Below are positions 13,140 to 29,600 of a stretch of 64,000 nucleotides of DNA, piece after piece. How positions within the stretch are numbered: position 1 is the first letter of the stretch; each line of letters begins with the position of its first letter. The DNA comes from the human T2T-CHM13v2.0 reference genome, Homo sapiens. Made by a program: the position numbers and the translations under genes. Below the pieces are notes generated by a model that saw nothing but the letters and a program-made list of their open reading frames with translations, was not told the origin of the DNA and ran no database searches. The stretch is taken from assembly GCF_009914755.1 (NCBI RefSeq), contig NC_060945.1. One strand, written 5' to 3'.

Positions 13140-16100
13140 AGTCAAAGCCTGGAAAATAGTTACATCTTCCTAGATGATCAGTTCAGAAATATGTCACAAT
13201 GCCCCCTCCCTGTGGAGTCTAGAGAAGATTTGCATCATTTGGGTGATCAGTGCAGAGATATATCACAATGTCCCCTGTACAAAAAGCCTGGAAATGATTT
13301 ACATCATCTAAGTGATCAGTGCATAAGTATGTGAGAAATCCCCAGTAGGCTGAACCTAGACAAGGGTTACATCACTTAGGGGATTAGTGTAGAGATATGT
13401 GAAAATTCCCATGTAGACAGAGCCTACACAAGTGTTACATCGCCTAGTGATCAGTGCAGGGACAAGTCGTAAAGCCTCCTGTAGGCAGAGTACAGAAAAG
13501 TGTTTCCTACCTGGGGTGATCAGTGCAGAGACATGTCACAAAGCCCCTGTAAGCAGAAAATTGACAAGGGTTACATCAGCTGTTTGATCAGTGGAAATGT
13601 ACATCACAAATCCCCCTGTAGGCAAAGCCGAGACAATTGTTACGTCACCTGGGTGAGCAGTGGAGAGATCTGTCACAATGCCCCTGTAGGCAGAGCTTAG
13701 ACGAGGGTTACATCACCTGGGTGATCAGTGCAGAGATATTTCAAAACGCTCCTGAAGGCTGTACCTAGACAGGAGTTACATCAACTGGGTTATCAGTGCA
13801 GAGATATGTGAGAATTCCCGTGTAGGCAGAGTCTAGACAAGTGTTACATCACCTAGATTATCAGTGCAGGTATAAGTCGTAAAGATTCCTGAAGGCAGAG
13901 TGTAGAAAAGAGTTCCCTCCCCAGGGTGATCAGTGCAGAGATGTGTCACAAAGCCCCTGTAGGCAGATCCTAGACAAGAGTTTCATCACATGGTTGATCA
14001 GTTCAGAGATGTGTCACGATGTCCATGTAGGCAGATCTAAGACAAGTGTCCATCACCTGGGTGATCAGTGCAGAGATATGAACCAATGTCCCCTGTAGGC
14101 AGTGCCTAGACAAGAGTTGCATCACCTCAGAGATCAGTGCATAGACATGTCACAAAGCGTTCTGTAGGCAATGCCCATACAAGGCTTACATCACCTAGGT
14201 GATTAGTGCAGTGATGTCACAAAAATCCCTGTAGACAGAGCCTAGACAATACTTACATCACCTGGGTGATCAGTGCAGATATTTGACACAATGCCCCTAT
14301 AGACAGAGCTTAAACAAGACTTCCATCACCTGGGTGATCATTGCAGACATATATCACAAATCCCCCTCCAGGCAGAGTATAGAGAAGAGTCCCATCACCT
14401 GGGTGATCAGTGCAGATATATTTCACAATGCACCCTGTAGGCAGAGAGGGGAGAAGAGTTACATAACCTAGGTGATCTGTGCAGAGCTATGTCAAAACGC
14501 TCCAGTAGTAAGAGCCTGGATAAACGTTACATCACCTGGGTGATCAGTGCAGAGATACGTCACAATACACCCTGTAGGTGTAGCCAAGACAACAGTTACA
14601 TCACCTGGGTGATCAGTGCAGAGATACGTCACAATACACCCTGCAGGTGTAGCCTAGACAACAGTTACATCACCTGAGTGTTCAGTGCAGAGATACATCA
14701 CAATACCCCTTGTAGGTGGAGCCTAGACAAGAGTTACATCACCTGGGTGATCAGTGCAGAGATATATCACAAAGCCCCTGTAGGCAGAGCCTAAAGAACA
14801 GTTACATCCCCTGGGTGATCAGTGCAGAAATATGACACAAAGCCCTTTATGCGGAGCCTAGACAACAGTTACATCTCCTGGGTGATCAGTGCAAAGATAT
14901 GTCACAAAGCCCCCTGTAGACAAATCCCAGAAAATTGTTACATCACCTGGGTGATCACTGGAGATATCTGTCACAATTCCCCTTTAGGCACAGGTTACAC
15001 AAGCGTTACATCACATGAGTGACCAGTGCAGAGATATGTCACTATGGCCCATAGGCAGATCCAAGACAAGAGTCCATCACGTGGGTGATCAGTGCAGAAA
15101 TATGCCATGATGCCACCAATAGGCAGATATAGACAAGAGTTACATCACCTGCGTGATCACTGCAGAGATATTTCACAATGGCCCTGTAGGCAGAGCCTAA
15201 ACAAGAGTTACATCACCTGGGTGATCAGGACAGAGTTATGTCAGAATGCCCCCTGTAAGCAGATCCCAGACAAGAGTTGCATCACCTCGGTGATCAGTGC
15301 AGAGATATGTCTCAATGCCCCCTGTTGGTGAAGCCTATACAAGAGTTACATCATCTCGGTGATTAGTGCAGTGATATGTTAAAATGCCCCTGTAGGCAGA
15401 GCCTAGACAAGAGTCCCATCACCTGGGTTATCAGTGCAGATTTATTTCACAATGCCCCTTTTGGAAGAGCCTAGACAAGGGTTACATCACCTGGTTGATC
15501 AGTGCAGAGATGTGTCACAAGCCCCCTGTAGCCAGAGCCTAGACAAGAGTTACATCAGCTGTGTGATCAGTGCAGTGACATGTCACAATGCCCCTGTAGC
15601 CATATCCTTGACAAAAGTGACATCACCTGGATGATCAGTGCGGAGATTTGTCACAATGTCTCCAGTAGGCAGAGCCTAGACAAGAGTTACATTACCTGGG
15701 TGATCAGGGCAGAGATATGTCACAATGCCCCCTGTAAGCACATCCCACACAAGAGTTGCATCACCTCGGTGATCAGTGCAGCCATATGTCACAATGCCTC
15801 CTGTAGGCAGAGCACAGAGAAGAGTTGCATCACCTGGGTGGTCAGTGCAGAGATATGTCACAATGTCCCCTGTTGGCAAAGCCTAGGCAAGAGTTACATC
15901 ACCTTTGTCATCAGTTCAGGGATATGTGAAAACGCCCCTGTAGGCAGAATATAGACAAGGGTTACATCACATAGTTGATCAGTGCAGAGATATTTCACAA
16001 TACCCCCTGTAGGCAGGTCCTAGACCAGAGTTGAATCACGTGGGTGATCAGTGCAGAGATATTTCCCAATGCCCCTTTTGGGTAGAGGGCAGACAAGAGT

Positions 16101-17898
16101 TACATCACCTAGGTGATCAGTGCAGAGATTTGTCAAAATTCCCTGTGGACAGAGCTTATAAAAGTGTTACATCACCAAAGTGATCAGTGCAGAGATATGT
16201 CACAAAGCTCCTCTAGGCAGAACTTAGATGAGTTACATCACCTGGGTTCTCACTGCAAAGGTATGTCACAAAGCCCCCTGTAGGCAAAGCCTAGACAATA
16301 GTTACATCACTTGGGTGATCAGTGGCGAGTTCTCTCACAATTCCCCTGTAGGCAGAGCTTATACAACAGTTACATCCCCGGGGTGATCAGTGCATACATA
16401 TGTCCCAATGCCCCCATAGGCAGATCCAAGACAAGAGTCCGTCACTTCGGTGATCCGTGCAGAAATATGTCACAATGCCCCCTTAGGCAGAGCTGAGACA
16501 AAAGCCTCATTACCTGGATGATCACTGCAGAGTTATGTCACAAAGTCACTTTAGGCAGAACCTAGACATGGGTTACATCACTTGGATGATCATTGCAGAG
16601 ATATGTCACAATGCCACTGTAGGCAGAGCCTCGACAAGAATTACATGACCTAGGTGATCAGTGCAGACATACATAGTAATGTCCCTGTAGGCATAGCCGT
16701 AACAAGTGGTACATCACCTGGGTGATCGTTGCAGGAATATGTCACAAAGCACCCTGTAGGCAGATCCTAGAAAAGAGTTACATCACCTGTATGATCAGTG
16801 CCGAGATATGTCACAATGCCACTGTAGGCAGAGCCTAGAGAAGAGTTATATCACCTGGGTCATAAGTGCAGTGATATGTCACAATGACGTGTAGGCGCAG
16901 CCTAGACAAAATTTAGAGCACCTGGGAGGTCAGTGCAGAGATATGTCACAATGTCCCCAGTAGGCAGAGACCAGACAAGAGTTGCATCACCTAGGAATCA
17001 GTGCAGAATATGTCTCAATCCCCCTGTGGGCACAGCCTAGAGAAGAGTTACAACACTTCGGTTAACAGTGCAGAGATATGTCAAAATGCCCCTGTAGGCA
17101 GAGCCTACACGAGTGTTACTTCACTTAGGTGATCAATGCTGAGATATGTCACAATACATCCTGTAAGCAGAACCTAGACAAGAGTTACATCACCTGGGTG
17201 ATAAGTGCAGAGATATGTGACAAAGCCCCTTTAAGCAGAGCCTAGACAATAGTTACATCACCTGGGTCATCAGTGCAGAGATATCTCACAATGCCCCTAT
17301 AGGCAAATCTAGTAAAATATACTGTCACCTGGGGAATCAGTGCAGAAATATGTGACAATGCCCCCAGTAGGCAGAGCCTAGAGAAGAGTGCCATCACCTG
17401 GATGATCAGTGCAGAGATATTTCACAATGCCCCTGCAGGCAGAGCATAAGCAAGTGTTACATCACCTAGATGATCAGTGCAGAGATATGTCACAAGGCCC
17501 CCTATACAAAGAGCCTGGACAAGAGTTACATCACCTCGGTGATCCATGCAGTGATATGACACTATGCCCCGTAGGCAGAGCCTAGTCAAGCGTTACATCA
17601 CCTGGGTGATCAGTGCAGATATGTCACAAAGCCCCCATACACAGAGCCTAGACAAGAGTCCCATCACCTGGGTGATCAGTGCAGAAATATGTCACAATAC
17701 CCCCATAGGCAGATCGAACACAAGAGTTACATCACCTGTGTGATCAGTGTAGAGATATGTCACAATGCCCCCATAGGCAGAGCCTAGAGGAAAGTCCCGT
17801 CAGCTGGGTTATCAGCGCAGAAATATGTCACAAAGCCCCTGTAGGCAGAGCCTAGACAAGGGTTACATCACTTTGTTGATCAGTTCAGAGATGTGTCA
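13140..17898 (+). repeat. Beta satellite block
   Basis: Tandem 68-bp monomers. Confidence 0.95.
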
Positions 17899-18520
17899 TG
17901 CTGACTGTTTGCTCCCGGAGCTCTGCAGGCACCCGGAAACATGCAGGGCAGGGTGGAAGACCGGCATGGTGCATTCGCTCTCCTTGCCAGTTTCCAAACG
18001 GGTCACACTGCAGACTCCCCATGTTGCCGCACACGGGGAATCCATCGTCAGGCCATCACGCCGGGGAGGCATCTTCTCTCTGGAGTCTCTCTCTGCTCTC
18101 CTACATGGAAATGAATGAGAGCCGCAGGCCTGCATGTGTGAGATGGTCCCGGCAACGGCGACACCCACAGGCACTGCCTCCTTCACGGAGAGAGGGCCTG
18201 GAACACTCAAGACTCCCACGGAGGTTCAGTTCCACACTCCCCTCCAACCTCCCAGGCCGGTTTCTCCCTGCTGAAGACGCATGGGATCCCAGAGAGTGGC
18301 TTCGAGTTCCTGTGGGATTCCTGGAGACGTCCGGAGAGCCCAAGAAACGTGCTCCCTTCACCCCTTCCCCCTCGCCGCCTTCCTCTTTGTGTCTCCGGCC
18401 CCAACACCGCCATCAACACGCCCTCCCCCGCAAACCCACCACCACCCGGCCGCAGGCCTGGAAGCCCTGGTACCTTTCCGGGGTGGGGCTGGCTGTCCCA
18501 GGGCTCACCGCCATTCATGA

Positions 18521-19960
<1,440 letters not shown>

Positions 19961-20666
19961 GTCGCGGGGCTGGGAGGGTGTCGGGTCGGGGCAGGGTGGT
20001 GTCTTCTCTTTCGCAGGGAATACCTTGCTGGCTATGGAGTGGCGTGTCTTCCCCCCGACCCCTTCACCGAGCTGACAGGCGTGGGATTCCTGCCTTCTAG
20101 GAATAGGCCCGGTGGGAGACTCTATAGAGCGTAGAAATGCCATTCTTTCCTGGGCATCCTGGAGATCCAAGAGCCGGCCCAGGTACCGGCAGGTGGGCCA
20201 CCTACTGCGCAAGCGCGGGTTTGAGGGCAGCCGCCTGGGCTGTGGGAGTAGCCCGGGCAGAGACCTCATACCTTTCCACCATCCCAACCCCGCCTGACCA
20301 GCCACACCCCACCCCCACACCCCAGCCCCGGAAATTGCATCCTCCCCTGGGCTGGGTGGAGAACCCCATCCCGTGAAAAAACAGGCCCGTGCAGCGTCCA
20401 GGCCTGACACCCATCTGGCGGCTCGCCTCCTCTGCCCATCCACGCCACCATCGCCTGCCTGCCGCTGCCACTGCAGCCTCCCTGCTGCCACAGTGAGTGA
20501 ATGGTGGGGGAACGCAGACCTCCAGCTCTCTTTGCCGGCCTCCTGGATAGACCTGCGCTCATTGCGCACTCTGGCTGACGTGCAAGGGAGCCCGCTGGCC
20601 TCTCTGTTCCCTTGTCCGTCCGTGAAATTCCAGCTGAGGCTATGCCAACACATTCCGACGATCTTT

Positions 20667-23600
20667 AGTCAAAGCCCATAGAATAGTTACATATCCTGGA
20701 TGATCAGTTCAGAATTATGTCACAATGTCCCCTCCCTGCGGAGCCTAGAGAAAATTTGCATCATTTGGGTGATCAGTGCAGAGATATATCACAATGTCCC
20801 CTGTACAAAAGGCCTGGAAATGATTTACATAACCTCGGTGTTCAGTGCATAGGTATGTCAGAAATCCCCAGTAGGCTGAACCTAGACAAGCGTTACAAAA
20901 CTGAGGTGATCAGTGCAGAGATATGTGAAAATTCCCGCGTAGACAGGGCCTAGACAAGTGTTACATCACCTAGGGATCAGTGCACGGATAAGTCATAAAG
21001 CCTCCTGTAGGTGGAGTGTAGACAAGTGTTTCCTCCCTGGGGTGGTCAGTGCAGAGATGTGTCACAAAGCCACTGTAAACAGAACCTTGACAAGGGTTAC
21101 ATCACCTGTTTGATCAGTGCAAATGTATATCACAAAGCCCCCTGTAGGCAAAGCGCAGACAATTGTTACATCACCTGGGTGAGCAGTGGAGAGATCTGTC
21201 ACAATGACCCTGTAGGCAGAGCTTAGACAAGGGTTACATCACCTGGGTGATCAGTGCAGAGATATGTCAAAACTCTCCTGTAGGCTGAACCTAGAAATGA
21301 GTTACATCAACTGGGTGATCAATGCAGAGATATGTGAGAATTCCCGTGTAGGCAGAGTCTAGACAAGTGTTACATCACCTAGGTTATCAGTGTAGGTATA
21401 ACTCATAAAGCCTCCTGTAGGCAGAGCATAGAGAAGAGTTCCCTCCCCAGAGTGATCAGTGCAGAGATGTGTCACAAAGCCCCTGTAGGCAGAGCCTGGA
21501 CAAGAGTTTCATCACATGGTTGATCACTTCAGAGATGTGTCACAATGTCCATGCAGGCAGATCTAAGACAAGAGTCCATCACCTGGGTGATCCATGCAGA
21601 GATATGTATCAATGTCCCCTGTAGGCAGTGCCTAGACAAGAGTTGCATCACCTCAGAGATCAGTGAGTAGATATGTCACAAAGCCTTCTGTAGGCAAAGC
21701 CCACTAAAGGCTTACATCACCTAGGTGATCAATGCAGTGATATGTCACAAAAATCTCTGTAGACAGAGACTAGACAAGAGTTACATCACCTGGGTGATCA
21801 TTGCAGAGATATGTCACAAATTCCCCTCTAGGCAGAGTATAGAGAAGAGTCCCATCACCTGGGTGATCAGTGCAGAGATATTTGACACAATGTCCCCATA
21901 GACAGAGCCTAGACAAGACATCCATCCACTGGGTGATCAGTGCAGAGATATGTCACAAATCCCCCTCTAGGCAGAGTATAGAGAAGAGTCCCATCACCTG
22001 GGTGATCAGTGCAGAGATATTTCACAATGCCCCCTGTAGGCACAGGGTAGACAAGAGTTACTTAACTTAGGTGATCTGTTCAGAGCTATGTAAAAACGTC
22101 CCAGTAGGCAGAGCCTAGATAAATGTTACATCACCTGGGTGATAAGTGCAGAGACACGTCACAATACACCCTGTAGGCGGAGCCTAGACAAGAGTTACAT
22201 CACTTGGGTGATCGGTGCAGAGATACGTCACAATACCCCCTGTAGGTGGAGGCTAGACAAGAGTTACATCACCTTGGTGATCAGTGCAGACATATGTCAC
22301 AAAGCCCCCTGTAAGCAGATCCCAGACAAGAGTTGCATCACCTCGGTGATCAGTGCAGAGATATGTCTCAATGACCCTGTCGGTGAAGCCTATAAAAGAG
22401 TTACATCATCTCGTTGATCAGTGTAGTTATATGTTAAAATGCTCCTGTAGGCAAAGCCTAGACCAGAGTTACATTACCTGGGTGATCAGAGCAGAGATAT
22501 CTCACAATACCCCCTGTAAGCAGAGCCTAGACAAGAGTTACATCACCTGGGTGATCAGTGCAGCTACATGTCATAAATTCCACTGTAGGCAAAGCCTAGA
22601 CATATTTTACATCACCTCAGCGATCAGTGCAGAGATATGTCCCAATATCCCTCTAGGCAGAGCTTAGACAAGAGTCACATCTCCTTGGTGATCAGTGCAG
22701 AGATAACTCAAAATGCCCCCATAGGCCGAACCTAGACAAGATTTACATAATCCGGGTGATCCGTGCAGAATGATGTCACAACGCACTCCTTAGGCAGAGA
22801 CTAGAAAAGAGTTACATCACCTGGGTGATCAGTGCAGAGATATGTCACAATGCCCCCTGTATGCAGAGCATAGAGAAGGGTTGTATCACCTGGGTGATCA
22901 GTGCAGAGATATGTCACAATGTCCCCTGTAGGCAAAGCCTAGGCAAGAGTTACATCACCTTTGTCATCAGTTCAGGGATATGTGAAAACGCCCCTGTTGG
23001 CAGAGCGTAGAGAAGAGTTACATCACCTTTGTCATCAGCTCAGGGATATGTGAAAACGCCACTGTAGGCAGAGCCTAGACAAGAGTTACATCACCTAGTT
23101 GATCAGTGCAGAGATGTTTCACAATACCCCTGTAGGCAAATCCTAGACAAGAGTTGAATCACCTGGGTGATCAATCCAGATATATTTCCCAATGCCTCCT
23201 TTGGGCAGAGGGTAGACAAGAGTTACATCACCTAGGTGATCAGTGCAAAGACTTTTCAAAATTCCCTGTAAGCAGTGGTTATAAAAGTGTTACATCACAT
23301 AAGTGATCAGTGCAGAGATATGTCACAAAGCTCCTGTAGGCAGAACTTAGATGAGTTACATCACCTGGGTGATCAGTACAAAGGTATGTCACGAAGCCCT
23401 CTGTAGGCAATGCCTAGACAATAGTTACATCACTTGGGTGATCAATGACGAGATCTCTCACAATTCTCCTGTAGACAGAGTTTATACAACTGTTACGTCA
23501 CCTGGGTGATCAGTGCAGAGATATGTCACAGTGCCCCCACAGGCAGATCCAAGACAAGAGTCCGTCACCAGCGTGATCAGTGCAAAAATATGTCACAATG

Positions 23601-26600
23601 CCCACTTAGGCAGAGCCTAGACAAAAGCGCCATCACCTACATGATCTGTGCAGAGTTATGTCACAAAGTCCCTTTAGGCAGATCCTAGACAAGAGTTACA
23701 TCACTAGGATGATCAGTGCAGTGATATGTCACAATGCCGCTGTAGGCAGAGCCTAGACAAGAGTTACATGACCTAGGTGATCAGTTCTGAGGTACATCGC
23801 AATGTCCCTGTAGGCAGAGCCTTGACAAGTGGTACAACACCTGGGTGATCATTGCAGGGATATGTCAAAAAGCACCCTGTAGGCAGATCATAGAAAAGAG
23901 TTACATCATCTGGGTGATCAGTGCAGAGATATGTCACAAACCCCCTGTAGGCAGAGCCTAGAAAAGAGTTATATCACCTGGGTGATCAGTGCAGTGATAT
24001 GTCACAATGCCATGTAGCCTGAGCCTATACTAAATTTATAGCACCTGGGAGATCAGTGCAGAGATATGTCACAATGTCCCCAGTAGGCAGAGACCAGGCA
24101 AGAGTTGGATCACCTCAGGATAAGTGCAGAGATATGTCTCAATCGCCCTGTGGGCACAGCCTAGACAAGAGTTACATCACCTCGTTTAACAGTGCAGAGA
24201 TATGTTAAAATGCCCCTATAGGCAGAGCCTACACTAGAGTTACATCACTTAGGTATTCAGTGCAGAGACATGTCACAATACCCCCTGTAAGCAGAGCCTA
24301 GACAAGGGTTACATCACCTGGGTGATCAGTGCAGAGATATGTCACTATGCCCCCATAGGCAGATCCAAGAATAGAGTCCATCACCTGGGTGATGAGTGCA
24401 GAAATATGCCACAATGCCGCCAGTAGGCAGATATAGACAAGAGTTACATCACCTGCGTGATCACTGCAGAGATACGTCACAATGCCCCTGTAGGCAGAGC
24501 CTAGACAAGAGTCCCATCACCTGGGTGTCCAGTGCAGAGTTATGTCACAATGCCCCCTTTTGGCAGAGCCTAGACAAGGTTTACATCACCTGGGTGATCA
24601 GTGCAGAGATGTGGAAAAAGTGCCCTGTAGCCAGAGTCTAGACAAGGTTTACATCAGCTGTGTGATCAGTGCAGTGAGATGTCACAATGTCCCTGTAGCC
24701 ATATCCTTGAGAAAAGTGACATCACCTGGGTGATCAGTGTGGAGATATGTCACAATGTCTCCAGTAGGCAGAGCCTAGAAAAGGGTTACAGCACCTGGGT
24801 GATCAGGGCAGGGATATGTCACAATGCCCCCTGTAAGCAGATCCCAGAGAAGAGCTGAATCACCTCGGTGATCAGTGCAGAGATATGTCTCAATGCCCCT
24901 GTCGGCGAAGCCTGTACAAGAGTTACATCATCTCGGTCATCAGTGCAGTGATACGTTAAAATGCCCCCATAGGCAGAGCCTAGAAAAGAGTTATATCTCC
25001 TGGTTGATCAGTGCAGAGATATCTCGCAATACCCCCTGTAAGCAGAGCCTAGACAAGAGGTACATCACCAGGGTGATCAGTGCAGAGATATGTCATAAAT
25101 CCCACTGTAGGCAAATCCTAGACAAGTTTTACATCACCTCAGCGATCAGTGCAGAGATATGTCCCAATGTCCCTCTAGGCAGAGCTTAGACAAGAGTCAC
25201 ATCTCCTGGGCGATCAGTGCAGAGATAAGTCACAAAGTCCCCGTAGGCAGAGCCTAGACAAGAGTTACATAACCGGGGTGATCCGTGCAGAGTGATGTCA
25301 CAACGCCCTCTGTAGGCAGAGACTAGAAAATTGTTAAATCACCTGGGTGATCAGTGCAGAGATATATCACAATGCCTCCTGTAGGCAGAGCATAGAGAAG
25401 AGTTGCATCACCTGGGTAATCAGTGCAGACATATGTCTCAATGTCCCCTGTAGGTAGAGCATAGAGAAGAGTTGCATCACCTGAGTGATCAGTGCAGAGA
25501 TATGTCACAATGTCCCCTGTAGGCACAGCCTAGGCAAGAGTTGCATCACCTGGGTGATCAGTGCAGATGTATGTCACAATGTGCACTGTAGGAAAAGCCT
25601 AGGCAAGAGTTACATCACCTTTGTCATCAGTTCAGAGATATGTGAAAACGCCCCTGTAGGCAGAGCCTAGACAAGAGTTACACCACCTAGTTGATCATTT
25701 CAGAGATATTTCACAATAGCCCCTGTACGAATATCCTAGACAACTGTTGAATCACCTGGTTAATTTATGCAGATATATTTCACAGTGCCCCCTTTGGGCA
25801 GAGGGTAGAAAAGAGTTACATCACCTAGGTGATCATTGCAGAGATTTGTCAAAATTCCCTGTAGGCAGTTCTTATAACAGTGTTACATCACCTAATTGAT
25901 CAGTGCAGAGATATGTCACAAAGATCCTGCAGGGAGAAATTAGATGAGTTACATCACCTGGGTTATCTGTGCAAAGGTATGTCACAAAGCCCCTGTAGGC
26001 AAAGCCTAGACAATAGTTATATCACTTGGGTGATCAGAGGCGAGATCTCTCGCAATTCCCCTGTAGGCAGAGCTTTTACTACAGTTACATCACCTGGGTG
26101 ATCACTGCAGAAATATGTCAGAATTCCCCATTGGCAGATCCAAGACAAGAGTCCTTCACCTGGGTGATCAGTGCAGAAGTATGTCACAATGCCCCCTTAG
26201 GCAGAGCCTATACAACAGCCCCATCACCTGATTGATTAGTGCAGATTTATGTCACAAAGTCCCTTTAGGCAGATCCTAGACAAGATTTACATCACCTGGG
26301 TGATCAGTGCAGAGATATGTCACAATGCCAGTGTAGGCAGAGCATAGACAAGAGTTACATGACCTAGGTGATCAGTACTGAGATACATCGCAATGCCGCT
26401 GTAGGAAGAGCCTTGACAAGTGGTATATCACCTTGGTGATCATTGCTGGGATATGTCACAAAGCACCCTGTAGGCAGATCCCAGAGAAGAGTTATATCAC
26501 CTGGGTGATCAGTGCAGAGATATGTGACAAAGCCCCTTTAAGCGGAGCCTAGACAAGTGTTACATCTCCTGGGTGATCAGTGTAAAGATATGTCACAAAG

Positions 26601-29600
26601 CCCCCTGTAGACAAATCCCGGAAAATTGTTACATCACCTTGGTGATCAGCGGAGATATCTGACACAATTCCCCTTTAGGCACAGCTTATACAAGCGTTAC
26701 ATCACAAGAGTGATCAGTGCAGAGATATGTCACTATGCCCCCATAGGCAGATCCAAGACAAGAGCCCATCACCTGCGTGATCAGTGCAGAAATATGTCAT
26801 AATGCCACCAGTAGGCAGATATAGAAAAGAGTTACATCACCTGCGTGATCACTGCAGAGATATGTCACAATACCCCTCTAGGCAGAGCCTAGACAAGAGT
26901 CCCATCACCTGGGTGATCAGTGCAGAGTTATGTCACAATGATGTCCCCTTTTGGCAGAGCCTAGACAAGGGTTACATCACCTGGGTGATAAGTGCAGAGA
27001 TGTGTCACAAGCCCCTCCAGCCAGAGATTAGACAAGGGTTACATCAGCTGTGTGATAAGTGCAGTAACATGTCACAATGTCCCTGTAGCCATATCCTTGA
27101 CAAAAGTGACATCACCTGGGTGATCACTGTGGAGATATGTCACAATGTCTCTAGTAGGCAGAGCCTATACAACAGTTACCTCACTTGGGAGATCAGGGCA
27201 GATATACGTCACAATGCCCCCTGTAAGAAGATCCCAGACAAGAGTGGCATCACCTCAGTGATCAGTGGAGAGACATGTCACAATGCTCACTGTCGGTGAA
27301 GCCTATACAAGAGTTACATCATCTCGGTGATCAGTGAAGTGATATGATAAAATGCCCCTGTACGCAGAGCCTAGACAAGAGTTACATGACCTAGGTGGTC
27401 AGTGCAGAGATACGTCTCAATGTCCCAGTAGGCAGAGCCTTGACAAGTGGTACATTACCTGGGTGATCATTGCAGGGATATGTCACAAAGCATCCTACAG
27501 GCAGATCCTAGATAAGAGTTACATCACCTGGGTGATCAGTGCAGAGATATGTCACAATGCCACTGTAGGCAGAGCCTAGACAAGAGTTACATGACCTAGG
27601 TGATAAGTGCAGAGATACATCGCAATGCCCCTGTAGGCAGAGCCTTGACAAGTGGTATATCACCTGGGTGATCATTGCAGGGATATGTCATAAAGCACCC
27701 TGTAGGCAGATCCTAGAGAAGAATTATATCACCTGGGTGATCAGTGCAGTGATAAGTCACAATGCCATGTAGCCAGAGCCTGGAATAAAGTTACAGCACA
27801 TGGGAGATCAGTGCAGAGATATGTCACAATGTCCTCAGTAGGCAGAGACCAGGCAAGATTTGGATCACCTCGGCTTCAGTGCAGAGATATGTCTCAATCC
27901 TCCTGTGGGCACAGCGTAGACAAGTTACATCACCTCGGTTAACAGTGCAGAGATATGTCAAAATGCCCCTGTAGGTAGAGCCTACACAAGTGTTACATCA
28001 CTTAGCTGATCAGTGCAGAGATATGTCACAATACCACCTGTAAGCAGAGCCCAGACAAGTGTTATATAACCTGGCTGATCGGTGCAGAGATATGTGACAA
28101 GGCCCCTTTAGGCAGAGCCTAGACAATAGTTACATCACCTGAGTGATCATTGCAGACGTCTGTCACAATGCCCCTTTAGGCAGAGCTTAGACTAGAGTTA
28201 CATCACCTGGGTGATCAGTGCAGAGATATGTCACAATGCCCCCATAGGCAAATCCAAGACAAGAGTCTGTCACCTGGGTGATCAGTGCAGAAATATGTGA
28301 CAATGCCCCCAGGAGGCAGAGCCTAGAGAGGAGTCCCATCACGTGGGTGATCAAGGTAGAGATATTTCACAATGCCCCTGCAGGCAGAGCATAAACAAGA
28401 GTTACACCACCAAGATGATCGGTGCAGAGATATGTCACAAGGCCCCATATAGGCAGAGCCTGGACAAGAGTTACATCACCTTGGTGATCAATGAAGTGAT
28501 ATGTCTCTATGCCCCGTAGGCAGAGCCTAGTCAAGCGTTTTATTACCTGGGTGATCAGTGCAGATATATGTCACAAAGCCCCAATACACAGAACCTAGAC
28601 AAGAGCCCCTCACCTGGTTGATCAGTGCAGAGATATGTCGCAATACCCCCTGTAGGTGGAGCCTAGACAAGAGTTACATCACCTGGGTAATCAGTGCAGA
28701 GATATTTCACAATGCCCCCTTTGGGCAGAGGGTAGACAAGAGTTACATCACCTAGGTGATCAGTGCAGAGATTTGTCGAAATTCCCTGTAGGCAGTGCTT
28801 ATAAAAGTGTTACATAACCTAAGTGATCAGTGCAGAGATATGTCACAAAGCTCCAGTAGGCTGAGCTTAGATGAGTTACATCACCTGGGTGATCAGCGCA
28901 AAGGTATGTCACAAAGCCCCTTGTAGGCAAAGCCTAGACAATAGTTACATCACTTGGGTGATCAGTGGCGAGATCTCTCACAATTCCCCTGTAGGCAGAG
29001 CTTATACAACAGTTCCATCACCTGGGTGATCAGTGTAGAGATATGTCACAATGTCCCCATAGGCAGATCCAAGACAAGAGTCCATCACGTGTGTGGTCAG
29101 TGCAGAAATACGCCACAATGCCACCAGTAGGCAGATATAGACAAGAGTTACATCACCTGCGTTATCACTGCAGAGATATGTCACAATGTCCCTGTAGGCA
29201 GAGCCTAGACAAGTGTCCCAACACCTGTCTGATCAGTGCCGAGTTATGTCACAATGCCCCTTTTGGCTCAGCCTAGACAAGGATTACATCACCTGGGTGA
29301 TCAGTGCAGAGATGTGTCACAAGCCCCTGTAGCCAGAGCCTTGACAAGAGTTACATCAGCTGTGTGATCAGTGCAATGACATGTCACAATGTCCCTGTAG
29401 CCATATCCTTGCCAAAATGACATAACCTGGGTGATAGCCTAGACAAAAGCCCCATCACCTGGATGATCAGTGCAGAGTTATGTCACAAAGTCCCTTTAGG
29501 GAGATCCTAGACAAGTGTTACATCACTTGGATGATCAGTGCAGAGATATGTCACAATGCCATTGTAGGCAGAGGCTAGACAAGAGTTACATGACCTAGGT

